This document shows positions 53,531 through 63,478 of a DNA stretch of 64,000 nt, piece after piece; position 1 is the first letter of the stretch, and each line of letters opens with the position of its first letter. This DNA is from an uncultured Bifidobacterium sp. (GTDB lineage Bacteria; Acidobacteriota; Vicinamibacteria; Vicinamibacterales; CAVVIG01). The position numbers and the translations under genes are program-made. Under the pieces are notes generated by a model that saw only the letters and a program-made list of their open reading frames with translations, did not search any database and had not been told where the DNA came from. The stretch is from assembly GCA_964386715.1 (NCBI GenBank), contig CAYLTD010000006.1, forward strand, positions 3,518 through 67,517, given 5' to 3'.

Positions 53531-56206
53531 GTGAGAAACATTGCCCCCAAGGATGCAGCCGAGCTCGACGCCATCGAACGGCGTGAGTGGCTCGAATCCC
53601 TCGATTATGTCCTCCAGAGCGGAGGGCCGGTCAAAGTTCAGCGCCTGCTCCGCGAGCTGACGCTCCACGCCACCGAGAACGGGGTGAAGATCCCGTTCAC
53701 CGCCAATACCCCCTACGTCAACACCATTTCGGTCGACGATGAGGCCCTGATGCCGGGCGATCGCGACCTCGAGCGCCGGATCAAGAGCCTGGTGCGCTGG
53801 AACGCGGCGGCGATGGTGGTGCGTGCCAACAAGGCCGAGGACGGGATCGGCGGGCACATCTCGACCTTCGCCTCGGCGGCCACGCTTTACGAGGTCGGCT
53901 TCAACCACTTTTTCCGCGGCCACGACAGCCCGGACGCCGACACGATCTTCTTCCAGGGTCACGCGGCCCCGGGCATCTACTCGCGGGCGTTCCTCGAGGG
54001 CCGGCTGACCGAGAAGCACCTCGAGAACTTCCGTCGCGAGATGAAGGAGGGGGGCGGCCTGTCGTCCTATCCTCACCCCTGGCTGATGCCGGAGTTCTGG
54101 GAGTACCCGACGGTGTCGATGGGCCTCGGCCCGATCATGGCGATCTACCAGGCGCGTTTCACGCGCTACCTGGAGGATCGCGGCCTGAAGCCGAAGTCGA
54201 ACTCCAAGGTCTGGGCGTTCCTCGGCGACGGCGAGACGGACGAACCCGAGTCGCTCGGAGCCATCACCCTCGCGTCGCGTGAAAAGCTGGACAACCTGAT
54301 CTTCGTGATCAACTGCAACCTGCAGCGCCTCGACGGACCGGTGCGCGGCAACGGGCAGATCATCCAGGAACTGGAAGCAGCATTCCGGGGCGCCGGCTGG
54401 AACGTGATCAAGGTGATCTGGGGGCGCGACTGGGACCCGCTGCTGGCCAAGGACCACGACGGCCTGCTGGTCAAGCGGATGGGCGAGATCGTGGACGGCC
54501 AGTATCAGAAGTACGCCGTCGAATCGGGCGCCTACATCCGTCAGCACTTCTGGGGTGCCGACCCGCGGCTGCTCGACATGGTGAAGCACCTCACCGACGA
54601 TCAGCTGAAGAAGCTGACGCTCGGCGGGCACGACCCCGTGAAGGTCTACAACGCTTACAAGGCCGCCACCGAGCACAAGGGAGCCCCCACGGTCATTCTC
54701 GCCCGCACCATCAAGGGGTACGGCCTGGGCGAGGCCGGTGAGGGCAAGAACATCACCCACCAGCAGAAGAAGATGAACGAGGACGAGCTGAAGGCGTTCC
54801 GGACGCGCTTCGGCCTCCCGCTCTCCGACTCCGACATCGCCAAGGCTCCCTTCTACCGACCCGCGGACGACAGCGAAGAACTCAAGTACATGCTCGAGCG
54901 GCGCGCGTCGCTCGGCGGCTTCGCGCCGCGGCGGCAGGTGAAGGTCTCGCCGATCAAGCCGGTGGCGGAGGAGGTGTTCGAGGAGTTCTACGCCGGCACG
55001 GACGGGCGCAAGGCGTCCACCACGATGGTGTTCGTCCGGCTGCTCTCGAAGCTGCTGCGCGACAAGGAGATCGGTGAACTCGTCGTGCCGATCGTGCCCG
55101 ACGAGGCGCGCACCTTCGGCATGGAAGCGCTGTTCCGGCAGGTCGGGATCTACGCGCACTCGGGTCAGGCGTACGAGCCGGTGGACATGGACACGCTCCT
55201 CTACTACAAGGAGGCGTCCGACGGGCAGATTCTCGAGGAAGGCATCAACGAGGCGGGCTCGCTCTCGTCGTTCATCGCCGCCGGCACGGCGTACGCCACC
55301 CACGGCGTCAACACCATCCCCTTCTTCATCTTCTACTCGATGTTCGGGTTCCAGCGGGTCGGCGACCTGATCTGGGCGGCGGCCGATTCGCGGACTCGTG
55401 GGTTCCTGCTCGGCGGCACCGCGGGCCGCACGACGCTCGCGGGCGAAGGGCTGCAGCACCAGGACGGCAACAGCCACCTCTACGCGCTGCCGTATCCGAA
55501 CGTGCTCTCCTACGACCCCGCATTCGCCTTCGAACTGGCGGTCATCATCAAGGACGGCATCCGGCGGATGTACGTCGAGGGCGAGAGCGTCTTCTACTAC
55601 CTCACGGTGATGAACGAGCAGTACGCCATGCCGAAGATGCCCGACGGCGCGATGGAGGGCATCCTCAAGGGGATGTACAAGTTCCGCTCCACCTCGCAGC
55701 CCAAGGCCAAGGCGCGTGCGCAGCTGTTCGGCAGCGGGGCGATCCTGCCCGAGGTAATCAAGGCCGCGGACCTGCTCGAAGAGAAGTACGGGGTCGGCGC
55801 CGACGTGTGGAGCGTCACGAGCTACCCGGAACTCTATCGCGAGGGGCACGCCTGCGAGCGCTGGAACATGCTGCACCCTGGCGAGACCGCGAAGGTGCCG
55901 TACGTGACGCAGTGCCTGAAGGACGCACCTGGCGTGTTCGTGGCGGCGTCGGACTACGTCAAGGCGCTGCCGGACTCGATCGATCGCTGGCTGCCGCGCC
56001 CGCTGGTGGCGCTCGGGACCGATGGGTTCGGCCGCAGCGAGGGCCGCTCGAGCCTGCGCGAGTTCTTCGAAGTGGATCACCGCTACGTGGTCCTCGCGAC
56101 CCTGACGGCGCTCCTCCGCGAGAAGAAGATCGATGCGGCGGTCGCGCAGCAGGCCATCAAGGATCTGAACATCAACCCGGACAAGCCGAACCCGGCGATT
56201 TCGTAG
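53531..56206 (+). CDS. aceE: pyruvate dehydrogenase E1 component (homodimeric type)
   Basis: 891 aa. ETxEW..SLD start, GGHISTFAS, GDGE.DEPES and transketolase-like domains. Confidence 0.93.
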   Translation: MRNIAPKDAAELDAIERREWLESLDYVLQSGGPVKVQRLLRELTLHATENGVKIPFTANTPYVNTISVDDEALMPGDRDLERRIKSLVRWNAAAMVVRANKAEDGIGGHISTFASAATLYEVGFNHFFRGHDSPDADTIFFQGHAAPGIYSRAFLEGRLTEKHLENFRREMKEGGGLSSYPHPWLMPEFWEYPTVSMGLGPIMAIYQARFTRYLEDRGLKPKSNSKVWAFLGDGETDEPESLGAITLASREKLDNLIFVINCNLQRLDGPVRGNGQIIQELEAAFRGAGWNVIKVIWGRDWDPLLAKDHDGLLVKRMGEIVDGQYQKYAVESGAYIRQHFWGADPRLLDMVKHLTDDQLKKLTLGGHDPVKVYNAYKAATEHKGAPTVILARTIKGYGLGEAGEGKNITHQQKKMNEDELKAFRTRFGLPLSDSDIAKAPFYRPADDSEELKYMLERRASLGGFAPRRQVKVSPIKPVAEEVFEEFYAGTDGRKASTTMVFVRLLSKLLRDKEIGELVVPIVPDEARTFGMEALFRQVGIYAHSGQAYEPVDMDTLLYYKEASDGQILEEGINEAGSLSSFIAAGTAYATHGVNTIPFFIFYSMFGFQRVGDLIWAAADSRTRGFLLGGTAGRTTLAGEGLQHQDGNSHLYALPYPNVLSYDPAFAFELAVIIKDGIRRMYVEGESVFYYLTVMNEQYAMPKMPDGAMEGILKGMYKFRSTSQPKAKARAQLFGSGAILPEVIKAADLLEEKYGVGADVWSVTSYPELYREGHACERWNMLHPGETAKVPYVTQCLKDAPGVFVAASDYVKALPDSIDRWLPRPLVALGTDGFGRSEGRSSLREFFEVDHRYVVLATLTALLREKKIDAAVAQQAIKDLNINPDKPNPAIS

Positions 56207-56296
56207 CCGCACCCATCAGCCGCGGACGCGGCCGGCGCGCTGGCCGGAGCAACGGCCACGCGCCCGGCGGCGTGTCCGCGGTGGAGACTCCTCAAC

Positions 56297-57760
56297 TTGG
56301 CGACAGACTTCACACTCCCCGAACTTGGCGAAAACGTCCCGGCGGGCGACGTGCTTCGTATCCTGGTGAAACCCGGCGACACGCTCGCCAAGGATCAGCC
56401 GGTCCTCGAACTCGAGACCGACAAGGCGACGATCGAAGTGCCGTCCAGCGTGGCGGGCACCGTCGTCGACGTGAAGGTGAAGGTTGGCGAGAAGGTCAAG
56501 GTGGGCCAGCCGATCCTCAGCGTCGAGGCAGGTGGTGGCGGCGCCGCAGCTCCAGCGCCCGCAGCGTCCGCGGCGGCTCCCGCCGAGGCACCAGCGGCGG
56601 CCAGCGGCGCGGACGAGTCCGCTGTGGGCGCGAACACCGCGAACAGGGTGACCGGCCACGAAGCGGGTCTCGAGCAGCATGTCGAGGGCCAGCGGCGGGA
56701 GCACGCCGACAAGCCCGGTGTCGCCGAGAATCCCGCTCCTGCGCCGGTGCAGCGCGCGGCAGCGCAGGTGGTCGACATCAACCGTGGCGCCCGCGTCGCC
56801 GCCGAACAGCCCCGCTCGGTCGATCAGCCCCGCGCTTCGGATCAGCCGGCTGCCCCGGCCTCGCCGTCCGTGCGCCGACTCGCGCGTGAACTCGGCGTGG
56901 ACATCAACCAGGTGCAGGGCAGCGGCCCCAGCGGGCGCATCTCGAATGACGACGTGAAGGCGCACGCGAAGCGGATCATCACCAGTGTCGCGCAGGGCGG
57001 CGGAACGGGCCTTGGCATTCCCACCGAGCCGCTGCCGGACTTCTCGAAGTGGGGCGAGATCGAGCGCGTGCCGATGCGCGCGGTGCGTCGCAAGACCGCC
57101 GAGCACCTGACGGCGGCCTGGCTGAATATCCCGCACGTCACCCAGCAGGAGTACGCCGACATCACGGGGCTCGAGGACCTGCGGCGCCGCTATCGCAAGC
57201 AGGTCGAAGCGGCAGGCGGCAACCTCACCGTGACGGCCGTTGCGGTGAAGATCGTCGCCCAGGCCCTGCGGCACTTCCCGCAGTTCAATGCCTCCATCGA
57301 CATGGCGTCGGGCGAGATCATCCAGAAGAAGTACATCCACATCGGCGTGGCCGTCGATACCGATCGGGGGCTGCTGGTTCCGGTGATCAGGGACGCCGAC
57401 CGAAAGAGCCTGATCCAGATCGCCGTGGATCTCTCCCAGCTGTCGGAGAAGGCGCGCACCCGGAAGATCACGGCCGAGGAGATGCAGGGCGGCTGCTTCA
57501 GCATCTCCAACCTGGGGGGCATCGGCGGCAATTTCTTCACGCCGATCGTCAACTCACCCGAAGTGGCCATCCTGGGGATCTCGCGCGGGCGGTTCACCCC
57601 CGTGTACAACGAGGAGACCAAGGAGTTCCAGGCACGCCAGCTGCTGCCGCTGTCACTCTCGTACGACCACCGCGTCATCGACGGTGCGGACGGCATTCGT
57701 TTCCTGCGCTGGATCGCCGAGGCGTTCGAGCAGCCGTTCCTGATGGCGCTGCACGGGTAA
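56297..57760 (+). CDS. aceF: dihydrolipoamide acetyltransferase E2 (one lipoyl domain, long Ala/Pro linker)
   Basis: LETDKATIEVPS lipoyl-Lys motif, PSVRRLARELGVD subunit-binding domain and C-terminal DHRVIDG catalytic motif. TTG start with GGAGAC SD. Confidence 0.9.
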   Translation: MATDFTLPELGENVPAGDVLRILVKPGDTLAKDQPVLELETDKATIEVPSSVAGTVVDVKVKVGEKVKVGQPILSVEAGGGGAAAPAPAASAAAPAEAPAAASGADESAVGANTANRVTGHEAGLEQHVEGQRREHADKPGVAENPAPAPVQRAAAQVVDINRGARVAAEQPRSVDQPRASDQPAAPASPSVRRLARELGVDINQVQGSGPSGRISNDDVKAHAKRIITSVAQGGGTGLGIPTEPLPDFSKWGEIERVPMRAVRRKTAEHLTAAWLNIPHVTQQEYADITGLEDLRRRYRKQVEAAGGNLTVTAVAVKIVAQALRHFPQFNASIDMASGEIIQKKYIHIGVAVDTDRGLLVPVIRDADRKSLIQIAVDLSQLSEKARTRKITAEEMQGGCFSISNLGGIGGNFFTPIVNSPEVAILGISRGRFTPVYNEETKEFQARQLLPLSLSYDHRVIDGADGIRFLRWIAEAFEQPFLMALHG

Positions 57761-57865
57761 CCATGGACGGTCAGGCAGGGTTGGTCGGGAAGCCGGGGTC
57801 GGCCAGGAGCCGCCCCGATCTTCGCGCCCGACCCTCCCGACCCGTCAGACCAACCAGGCGTTGAT

Positions 57866-59275
57866 ATGACCCAGACTCAACTCGTTGTAGTGGGCGGCGG
57901 GCCCGGCGGGTATGCAGCCGCGTTCTATGCGGCCGACCTCGGCCTGAGCACCACGTTGATCGACACGGAGCCGAATCCGGGCGGCGTGTGCGTCTACCGC
58001 GGCTGCATTCCGTCGAAGGCGCTGCTCCATGTCGCCAAGCTGATTGACGAATCGCGCCACGCGAAGGCATGGGGCGTGGAGTTCGCGGAGCCGAAGATCG
58101 ACCTCGGCAAGCTGCGTGACTTCAAGAACAGCGTCGTGAAGCGCCTCACCTCCGGCACGGGCCAGCTCGGCAAGGCGCGCAAGGTGAACTTCATCCAGGG
58201 GTTCGCCGAGATGCTCGATGCGCGCAGCCTGAAGGTGAAGAAGGTGGACGGCACCGAGGAGACCATCGGCTTCGAGCACGCCATCCTGGCACTCGGGTCG
58301 ACTCCGGCCGTCCCGCCCATGCTCAAGGTCGACGACCCGCGCGTCATGGATTCCACCGGCGCGCTCGACCTGCCTGACGTCCCCAAGTCGCTCCTCGTCG
58401 TCGGCGGCGGCTACATCGGCCTCGAACTCGGCTCGGTGTACGCGACGCTCGGCAGCGCGGTGACGGTGGTCGAGATGATGCCCGGTCTCCTGCCCGGCGC
58501 CGATCGCGACCTGGTGGACGTGCTGGCCAAGCGTATCAACGGGCTGATGAAGTCGGTGCTGCTGAACACCCGCGTGGTCAAGGTCGCACCGGAGAAGGCC
58601 GGCATCCGTGTGACGTTCGAAGGCGACGGCGCCGGCGAGCAGGTGTTCGATCGCGTGCTCGTCTCGGTCGGTCGCCGTCCCAATGGACGGTCCATGCCCG
58701 GCCTCGAGAAGACGCGGGTCAAGGTGACGGATCGCGGCTTCATCGAGGTGGACGAGCAGCTCCGGACCGCCGAGCCGTCAATCTTCGCGATCGGCGACGT
58801 GGTCGGCGAGCCGATGCTTGCCCACAAGGCGTCGCACGAGGGTCGCGTGGCGGTCGAGGTGATCGCCGGCGAGAACGTGGCCTTCGAGCCGAAGGCGATT
58901 CCTGCGGTGGTCTTCACCGATCCCGAGATCGCGTGGGCCGGCATCACCGAGTCGCAGGCCGAGAAGGAAGGCCGCAAGGTGGTGGTGGCGAAGTTTCCCT
59001 GGGGGGCCTCGGGCCGCGCCGTCACGCTCGATCGGACCGATGGCCTGACCAAGCTGATCCTCGATCCGGAGACGGAACGGATCCTCGGAGTCGGACTCGT
59101 CGGGCCCGGCGCGGGCGAACTGATCGCCGAGGGCGTGCTGGCCATCGAGATGGGCGCGAATGCGACCGACCTGAAGCTGTCGATCCATCCGCATCCGACG
59201 CTGACCGAAACGATGATGGAGTCGGCCGAAGTGTTCTTCGGCCACGCGACGCACGTTTACAGGCCGAAGCGCTGA
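57866..59275 (+). CDS. lpdA: dihydrolipoyl dehydrogenase (E3)
   Basis: GGGPGGY, redox-active [13 protein letters not shown] and the C-terminal HPHPT interface motif. Confidence 0.93.
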   Translation: MTQTQLVVVGGGPGGYAAAFYAADLGLSTTLIDTEPNPGGVCVYRGCIPSKALLHVAKLIDESRHAKAWGVEFAEPKIDLGKLRDFKNSVVKRLTSGTGQLGKARKVNFIQGFAEMLDARSLKVKKVDGTEETIGFEHAILALGSTPAVPPMLKVDDPRVMDSTGALDLPDVPKSLLVVGGGYIGLELGSVYATLGSAVTVVEMMPGLLPGADRDLVDVLAKRINGLMKSVLLNTRVVKVAPEKAGIRVTFEGDGAGEQVFDRVLVSVGRRPNGRSMPGLEKTRVKVTDRGFIEVDEQLRTAEPSIFAIGDVVGEPMLAHKASHEGRVAVEVIAGENVAFEPKAIPAVVFTDPEIAWAGITESQAEKEGRKVVVAKFPWGASGRAVTLDRTDGLTKLILDPETERILGVGLVGPGAGELIAEGVLAIEMGANATDLKLSIHPHPTLTETMMESAEVFFGHATHVYRPKR

Positions 59276-59296
59276 GGCGGCGGGCTGTCGTACAAG

Positions 59297-59337
59297 AGGG
59301 CGGGAGGCTCCGGAAGGGTCTTCCGCCCTTTTCGTTC
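59297..59337 (+). terminator. intrinsic terminator after lpdA
   Basis: AGGGCGGGAG...CTTCCGCCCT stem (10 bp with one G-U, extendable) followed by TTTTCGTT, 22 nt after the stop. Confidence 0.65.
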
Positions 59338-59382
59338 TACAGGGCGAACAGGCGTGCCGTGACGGCAGCGCCGTGTGGGGGA

Positions 59383-59574
59383 TTACGCCGCTCGCGTGAG
59401 CGCACCCGAGCGGGTCCACCGCAGGTGCGCGGCGCCCACCAGCCGGTCGACAATCGTTCGCGTCACGTCCGGCTCCAACCCGAAGAACCTCGCCGCTTCC
59501 GAAACCGTCAGCACCAGACCCGGGGCCTCGTCGAATTCCGCCCGCACACGCTCCGCAAGCCTCTCAACGTTCAT
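59383..59574 (-). CDS. small hypothetical protein (63 aa)
   Basis: GGAGG SD 12 nt upstream of the ATG at 59574. The composition is helical and winged-helix-like. No family recognised. Confidence 0.4.
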   Translation of the reverse strand: MNVERLAERVRAEFDEAPGLVLTVSEAARFFGLEPDVTRTIVDRLVGAAHLRWTRSGALTRAA

Positions 59575-59819
59575 CGCGCTGCCCTACCTCCAGTACCTCG
59601 GCTTTCAGCAAGATGCCGGCCACGCCGCGATACCGCGCCGGGTAGGGCTGCATCGCGTCGATTCGGGCCGGAAAATGGCGGAAGATCGGCTGAATCTGCT
59701 GAATCAAGCCCGCAACGCGTCGGGCATGCCGGCGTACAAGGAGGTCGGGGTCCCGGCAGGGCAGGACATTTTCGTCGACACCAGTGAGCGTCGGACTGCC
59801 CAGCGGATCCGGGGCCCGG

Positions 59820-60467
59820 TCAGAAGCGGTAACTCACGCCGCCGCCGAAGCGGCCGATGGTACGGTCGCGGGTGCCGAGCAGGGACAGGACGCGCAGGTC
59901 CGCGTCGAGCGACACGTGGTCGGAGAGCAGGAAGCTGGCCCCGCCACCGAGCGTCAGGACCATGCTGGTGCGCGAGTTCTCGATGAACGGCGGGCCGGGC
60001 AGGATCGACAGCGCGCGCCCCGGGTCCATGCCGGGACGGATCGATGGCAGGCCCGGCATGCGTCCGTCGATCGCCAGGTAGTTCACCTCGAACTCGCTCC
60101 GCACCGACGCGACGCCGCCGCCTCCGACGACGTAGGGCAGCACCCGCGCTGACAGGGTCGGAATCTCGAGCCGCACGTTCGTCGTGAACATGGTGGCGCG
60201 GGTGTCCCGTTCCAGGGTCAGCGCGTCAAAGCGTCCCCGGGCAGGCAGGTCGCCAGCAAGGTCCGGCATGTGGGTGAGCTCGACGCCGAGGCCGAACGAC
60301 CGGTTGAAGCGATAGGACACGGATGCCGCGAGCGCCGGGGAGGTGATGTCCTGGCTGACGGCAGCGGACGCCTGGCCAGACACGATCACCCCCTGTGCCT
60401 CCGCCGGCAGCGACGCGGCCCCGACCGACAGCGCAACGAGCCCCGCGAGAGCGAGTGCGTGCTTCAT
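59820..60467 (-). CDS. outer-membrane beta-barrel protein (OmpW/OmpA-beta-barrel-like)
   Basis: Signal MKHALALAGLVALSVGAASLPAEAQ, alternating beta-strand pattern and a terminal aromatic residue (SYRF). Confidence 0.6.
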   Translation of the reverse strand: MKHALALAGLVALSVGAASLPAEAQGVIVSGQASAAVSQDITSPALAASVSYRFNRSFGLGVELTHMPDLAGDLPARGRFDALTLERDTRATMFTTNVRLEIPTLSARVLPYVVGGGGVASVRSEFEVNYLAIDGRMPGLPSIRPGMDPGRALSILPGPPFIENSRTSMVLTLGGGASFLLSDHVSLDADLRVLSLLGTRDRTIGRFGGGVSYRF

Positions 60468-60471
60468 GGGA

Positions 60472-61377
60472 TCAGCCCTGTGCGGCCGCAACGTACGCGT
60501 CCGCCGTTTCGTGTGCATGGTACGAACTGCGGACGAGCGGACCCGACTCGACGTGCACGAAGCCCATGTCGAGCGCGATCTGCTTCAGTTCCGCGAACTC
60601 CGCGGGCGTGTAGTAGCGGACCATCGGTGTGTGGGCCTGCGTCGGGCGCAGGTACTGGCCGACGGTGAGGATCTGACAACCCACGTCGCGCAGGTCGCGA
60701 AACGTGGCGAGCAGTTCTTCCCGCTCCTCGCCCAGGCCGACCATCAGGCCGCTCTTGGTGGGGATGTGGGGCGCGATGCGGCGGGAGCGGTCGAGCAGTT
60801 CCAGTGTGCGGGGATATCGTCCGCCCGAGCGCGCCATGCGATAGAGCCGGGGCACCGTTTCGGTGTTGTGGTTCAGCACGTCGGGCCCGGCCTCGAGCAC
60901 GGTTCGCAGCGGCGCCTCGTCGCCCTTGAAGTCCGGGATGAGCACCTCGATGCGGCAGCCCGGGAGCCGCTTGCGCGTCTCGGTGATGACGCCGGCGAAG
61001 ATCGAGGCCCCGCCGTCCTTCACGTCGTCCCGATCCACGGACGTGATGACGACGTAGTTCAGGTCAAGCTGGGCGATCGCCTCGGCGACCCGTACCGGCT
61101 CGGCCTCGTCCACTGGCGCGGGCCGGCCGTGCGACACGGCGCAGTACGAACACGCGCGCGTGCACACGTCGCCGAGGATCATGAAGGTGGCGGTGCCGTG
61201 GTTCCAGCACTCGCCGATGTTCGGGCAGTGCGCCTCCTCGCAGACCGTGTGGAGGTTCAACTCACGCATGATGCCCTTCAGGCGCAGGTAGTTCGGCGAG
61301 CCGGGGGCTCGTACCTTCAGCCAGTCGGGCTTCGGCGGCCGGGGCTGCGCGGGCGTCAGCGGGATTACGCGAGGCAT
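60472..61377 (-). CDS. lipA: lipoyl synthase
   Basis: CEEAHCPNIGEC and CTRACSYC clusters. The ATG at 61377 is preferred over the TTG at 61386 because a TATAAT box overlaps the TTG. Confidence 0.93.
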   Translation of the reverse strand: MPRVIPLTPAQPRPPKPDWLKVRAPGSPNYLRLKGIMRELNLHTVCEEAHCPNIGECWNHGTATFMILGDVCTRACSYCAVSHGRPAPVDEAEPVRVAEAIAQLDLNYVVITSVDRDDVKDGGASIFAGVITETRKRLPGCRIEVLIPDFKGDEAPLRTVLEAGPDVLNHNTETVPRLYRMARSGGRYPRTLELLDRSRRIAPHIPTKSGLMVGLGEEREELLATFRDLRDVGCQILTVGQYLRPTQAHTPMVRYYTPAEFAELKQIALDMGFVHVESGPLVRSSYHAHETADAYVAAAQG

Positions 61378-61385
61378 GTCCTTCA

Positions 61386-61391
61386 ATTATA
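61386..61391 (-). promoter_or_regulatory. -10 box TATAAT; near-leaderless lipA
   Basis: The minus strand reads TATAAT-tgaaggac-ATG(61377). Confidence 0.5.
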
Positions 61392-61496
61392 GCGAGCCCG
61401 ACTCTGCCGGATCGGGTACAAGATCGCCAGCGACCGTGGCCCCAGACGGGCCGGCCTGCCGCCACCACCATCCACCATCCGACGGAGCCGCTGCGA

Positions 61497-62195
61497 ATGT
61501 CCCTGTCGTTCACCTGGCTCGGCCACAGCACGTTCCTGTTTCGTACGCCAGCGGGCAAGCGGGTCCTCCTTGACCCCTGGATTGCGACGAATCCGTCCTG
61601 TCCCGACCCGGCAAGGAAGGTCGGTCCGGTGGACCTGCTCCTCATCACGCACGGCCACTTCGACCACACCGCCGACGCCGTGGCGATCGGGCGGCAGACC
61701 GGTGCGCAGGTGGTGGGCGCCTACGAGCTGATCAAATGGCTGGAAGCGAAGGGGCTCAGGAACACGGTCGGCATGAACATCGGGGGCACACTGCGCACGC
61801 ACGGCCTCACGATCACGATGGTGCCCGCCCTGCACAGCAGTTCCATCGAAGAAGACGGCCGCACCGTGTACGCCGGCCCGGCTGCCGGCTACGTCATCAC
61901 CCTCGAAGACGGCCTCACGGTCTACTTCGCCGGCGACACGTCGGTCTTCGGCGACATGCGCCTCATCCGCGACCTGTACAAGCCGGCCATCGGGTTCCTG
62001 CCCATCGGCGACCTCTTCACGATGGGACCGGAGCAGGCGGCTATCGCCTGCGACCTCCTGGGCATCCGGCAGGTGGTTCCGATGCACTATGGGACCTTCC
62101 CGGCCCTGACGGGGACTCCCGCCCGACTGCGTGCGCTGGTGGAGCCGCGCGGCATCGAGGTGCTCGCGCTGCAGCCCGGCGAGTCGACCGAGTGA
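61497..62195 (+). CDS. metal-dependent hydrolase, MBL fold (UPF0173 family)
   Basis: TWLGHSTF...DLLLITHGHFDH motif and ~230 aa length. Confidence 0.8.
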   Translation: MSLSFTWLGHSTFLFRTPAGKRVLLDPWIATNPSCPDPARKVGPVDLLLITHGHFDHTADAVAIGRQTGAQVVGAYELIKWLEAKGLRNTVGMNIGGTLRTHGLTITMVPALHSSSIEEDGRTVYAGPAAGYVITLEDGLTVYFAGDTSVFGDMRLIRDLYKPAIGFLPIGDLFTMGPEQAAIACDLLGIRQVVPMHYGTFPALTGTPARLRALVEPRGIEVLALQPGESTE

Positions 62196-62231
62196 TCGGC
62201 GCCATGCCAGGCCGGTGCGACCGTGCCGCTG

Positions 62232-63476
62232 TCAGCGCTGGGTGACGAGCATCGCAACCGTGAGGCCGATCATCGTCACGACCGTGATCCAGGCCACGAT
62301 GTTGAAGCCGCGTGAGTTCACGTGCTCGCCCATCAGCTCGCGGTCGTTCGTGAGCAGCAGCATGAAGATCAGCACGAAGGGGAGGACGATGCCATTGACG
62401 ACCTGCGACAGCACCATGATGTGCGTCAGGGGGAAGTTGGGCACGAGGAGGACCCCGGCTCCGGCGACGATGAGCGCGGTGTACAGCCAGTAGAACACCG
62501 GCGCCTCGTGGAACTTCTTGTCCAGGCCCGATTCGAATCCAAGACCCTCGCACACGGCATACGACGTGGAGATGGGCAGGATCGAGGCGGCGAACAGGGA
62601 TGCATTGAACAGGCCGGCCGCGAACAGCAGGTAGGCGTACTCGCCGGCGAGCGGCCGCAGCGCCTGGGCGGCGTCGGCGGCGTCGCGAATCTGGGTCACA
62701 CCGGCCGTGTGCAGCGTGGCCGCGCAGGCCACGATGATGAACCACGCGACGATCGCGGCGAACAGGCAGCCGACGATGACGTCCCAGCGCGAGGCGCGGT
62801 ACTGCCGGATCGTGACGCCCTTCTCGACCACCGACGCCTGCAGATAGAACTGCATCCAGGGGGCGATCGTCGTGCCGACGAGTCCGATCAGCATGTAAAT
62901 GTAGCCGTAGGTCCGGATACCGTCGCCCTGCGGCCTCGACACGAGGGACAGCGTGGCCGTGCGCCAGTCCGGGTGGGCGAGCACCCCCGCCACGATGTAG
63001 CAGACGTAGAATCCCGACGCCAGCAGGAAGATCTTCTCCACGCTGGCGTAGGTGCCCTGGACCACCAGCAGCCATACCGCCGCCGCGGCCAGCGGGACGA
63101 CAATGTGCCGGGATATCCCGAAGAGTCCGAGGCTGCTGGCGACGCCGGCGAACTCCGCCATGATGTTGCCGAAGTTGGTGACGACCAGCGCCAGCATCAG
63201 CCAGAACGTGACGCGGAACCCGAACTCCTCGCGAATGAGATCGCTCAGGCCCTTACCGGTGACCGCGCCCATGCGCGAGGCCATTTCCTGCACGACCACC
63301 AGTGCGATGGTCGTGGGAATCATGGCCCACAGCAGGGAGTACCCGAACTGGGCGCCAGCGACCGAATAGGTCCAGATGCCGCCGGCGTCGTTGTCCACGT
63401 TGGCCGTGATGAAACCCGGCCCGACGACGGCAAGGAAGAGGACGACTCGAGCGCGCCATTGCCGGAGCGTCGCCAT
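62232..63476 (-). CDS. Nramp (SLC11) family transporter with NRMT-like (Mg2+-type) metal-site substitutions
   Basis: GPGFI...AGAQFGYSLLW Nramp TM1 context, but with DAGG (63378-63389) instead of DPGN and TTIAPW (62856-62873) instead of A.(V/I)MPH. Confidence 0.85.
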   Translation of the reverse strand: MATLRQWRARVVLFLAVVGPGFITANVDNDAGGIWTYSVAGAQFGYSLLWAMIPTTIALVVVQEMASRMGAVTGKGLSDLIREEFGFRVTFWLMLALVVTNFGNIMAEFAGVASSLGLFGISRHIVVPLAAAAVWLLVVQGTYASVEKIFLLASGFYVCYIVAGVLAHPDWRTATLSLVSRPQGDGIRTYGYIYMLIGLVGTTIAPWMQFYLQASVVEKGVTIRQYRASRWDVIVGCLFAAIVAWFIIVACAATLHTAGVTQIRDAADAAQALRPLAGEYAYLLFAAGLFNASLFAASILPISTSYAVCEGLGFESGLDKKFHEAPVFYWLYTALIVAGAGVLLVPNFPLTHIMVLSQVVNGIVLPFVLIFMLLLTNDRELMGEHVNSRGFNIVAWITVVTMIGLTVAMLVTQR

Positions 63477-63478
63477 CC

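Noticed and set aside
53462-56212. 916-aa ORF on the minus strand spanning the whole aceE region.
   Set aside because: It is antisense to an unmistakable pyruvate dehydrogenase E1. Its translation is Arg/Ala/Pro/Gly-rich with no recognisable motifs. Long stop-free antisense frames are expected in GC-rich DNA.
56220-56281. A long-range inverted repeat, CCGCGGAC...GTCCGCGG, between aceE and aceF whose 3' arm abuts the aceF SD.
   Set aside because: Inverted repeats of 8-11 bp in GC-rich DNA with a ~45-nt loop are frequent by chance. I could not assess conservation, so this is left as a note only.
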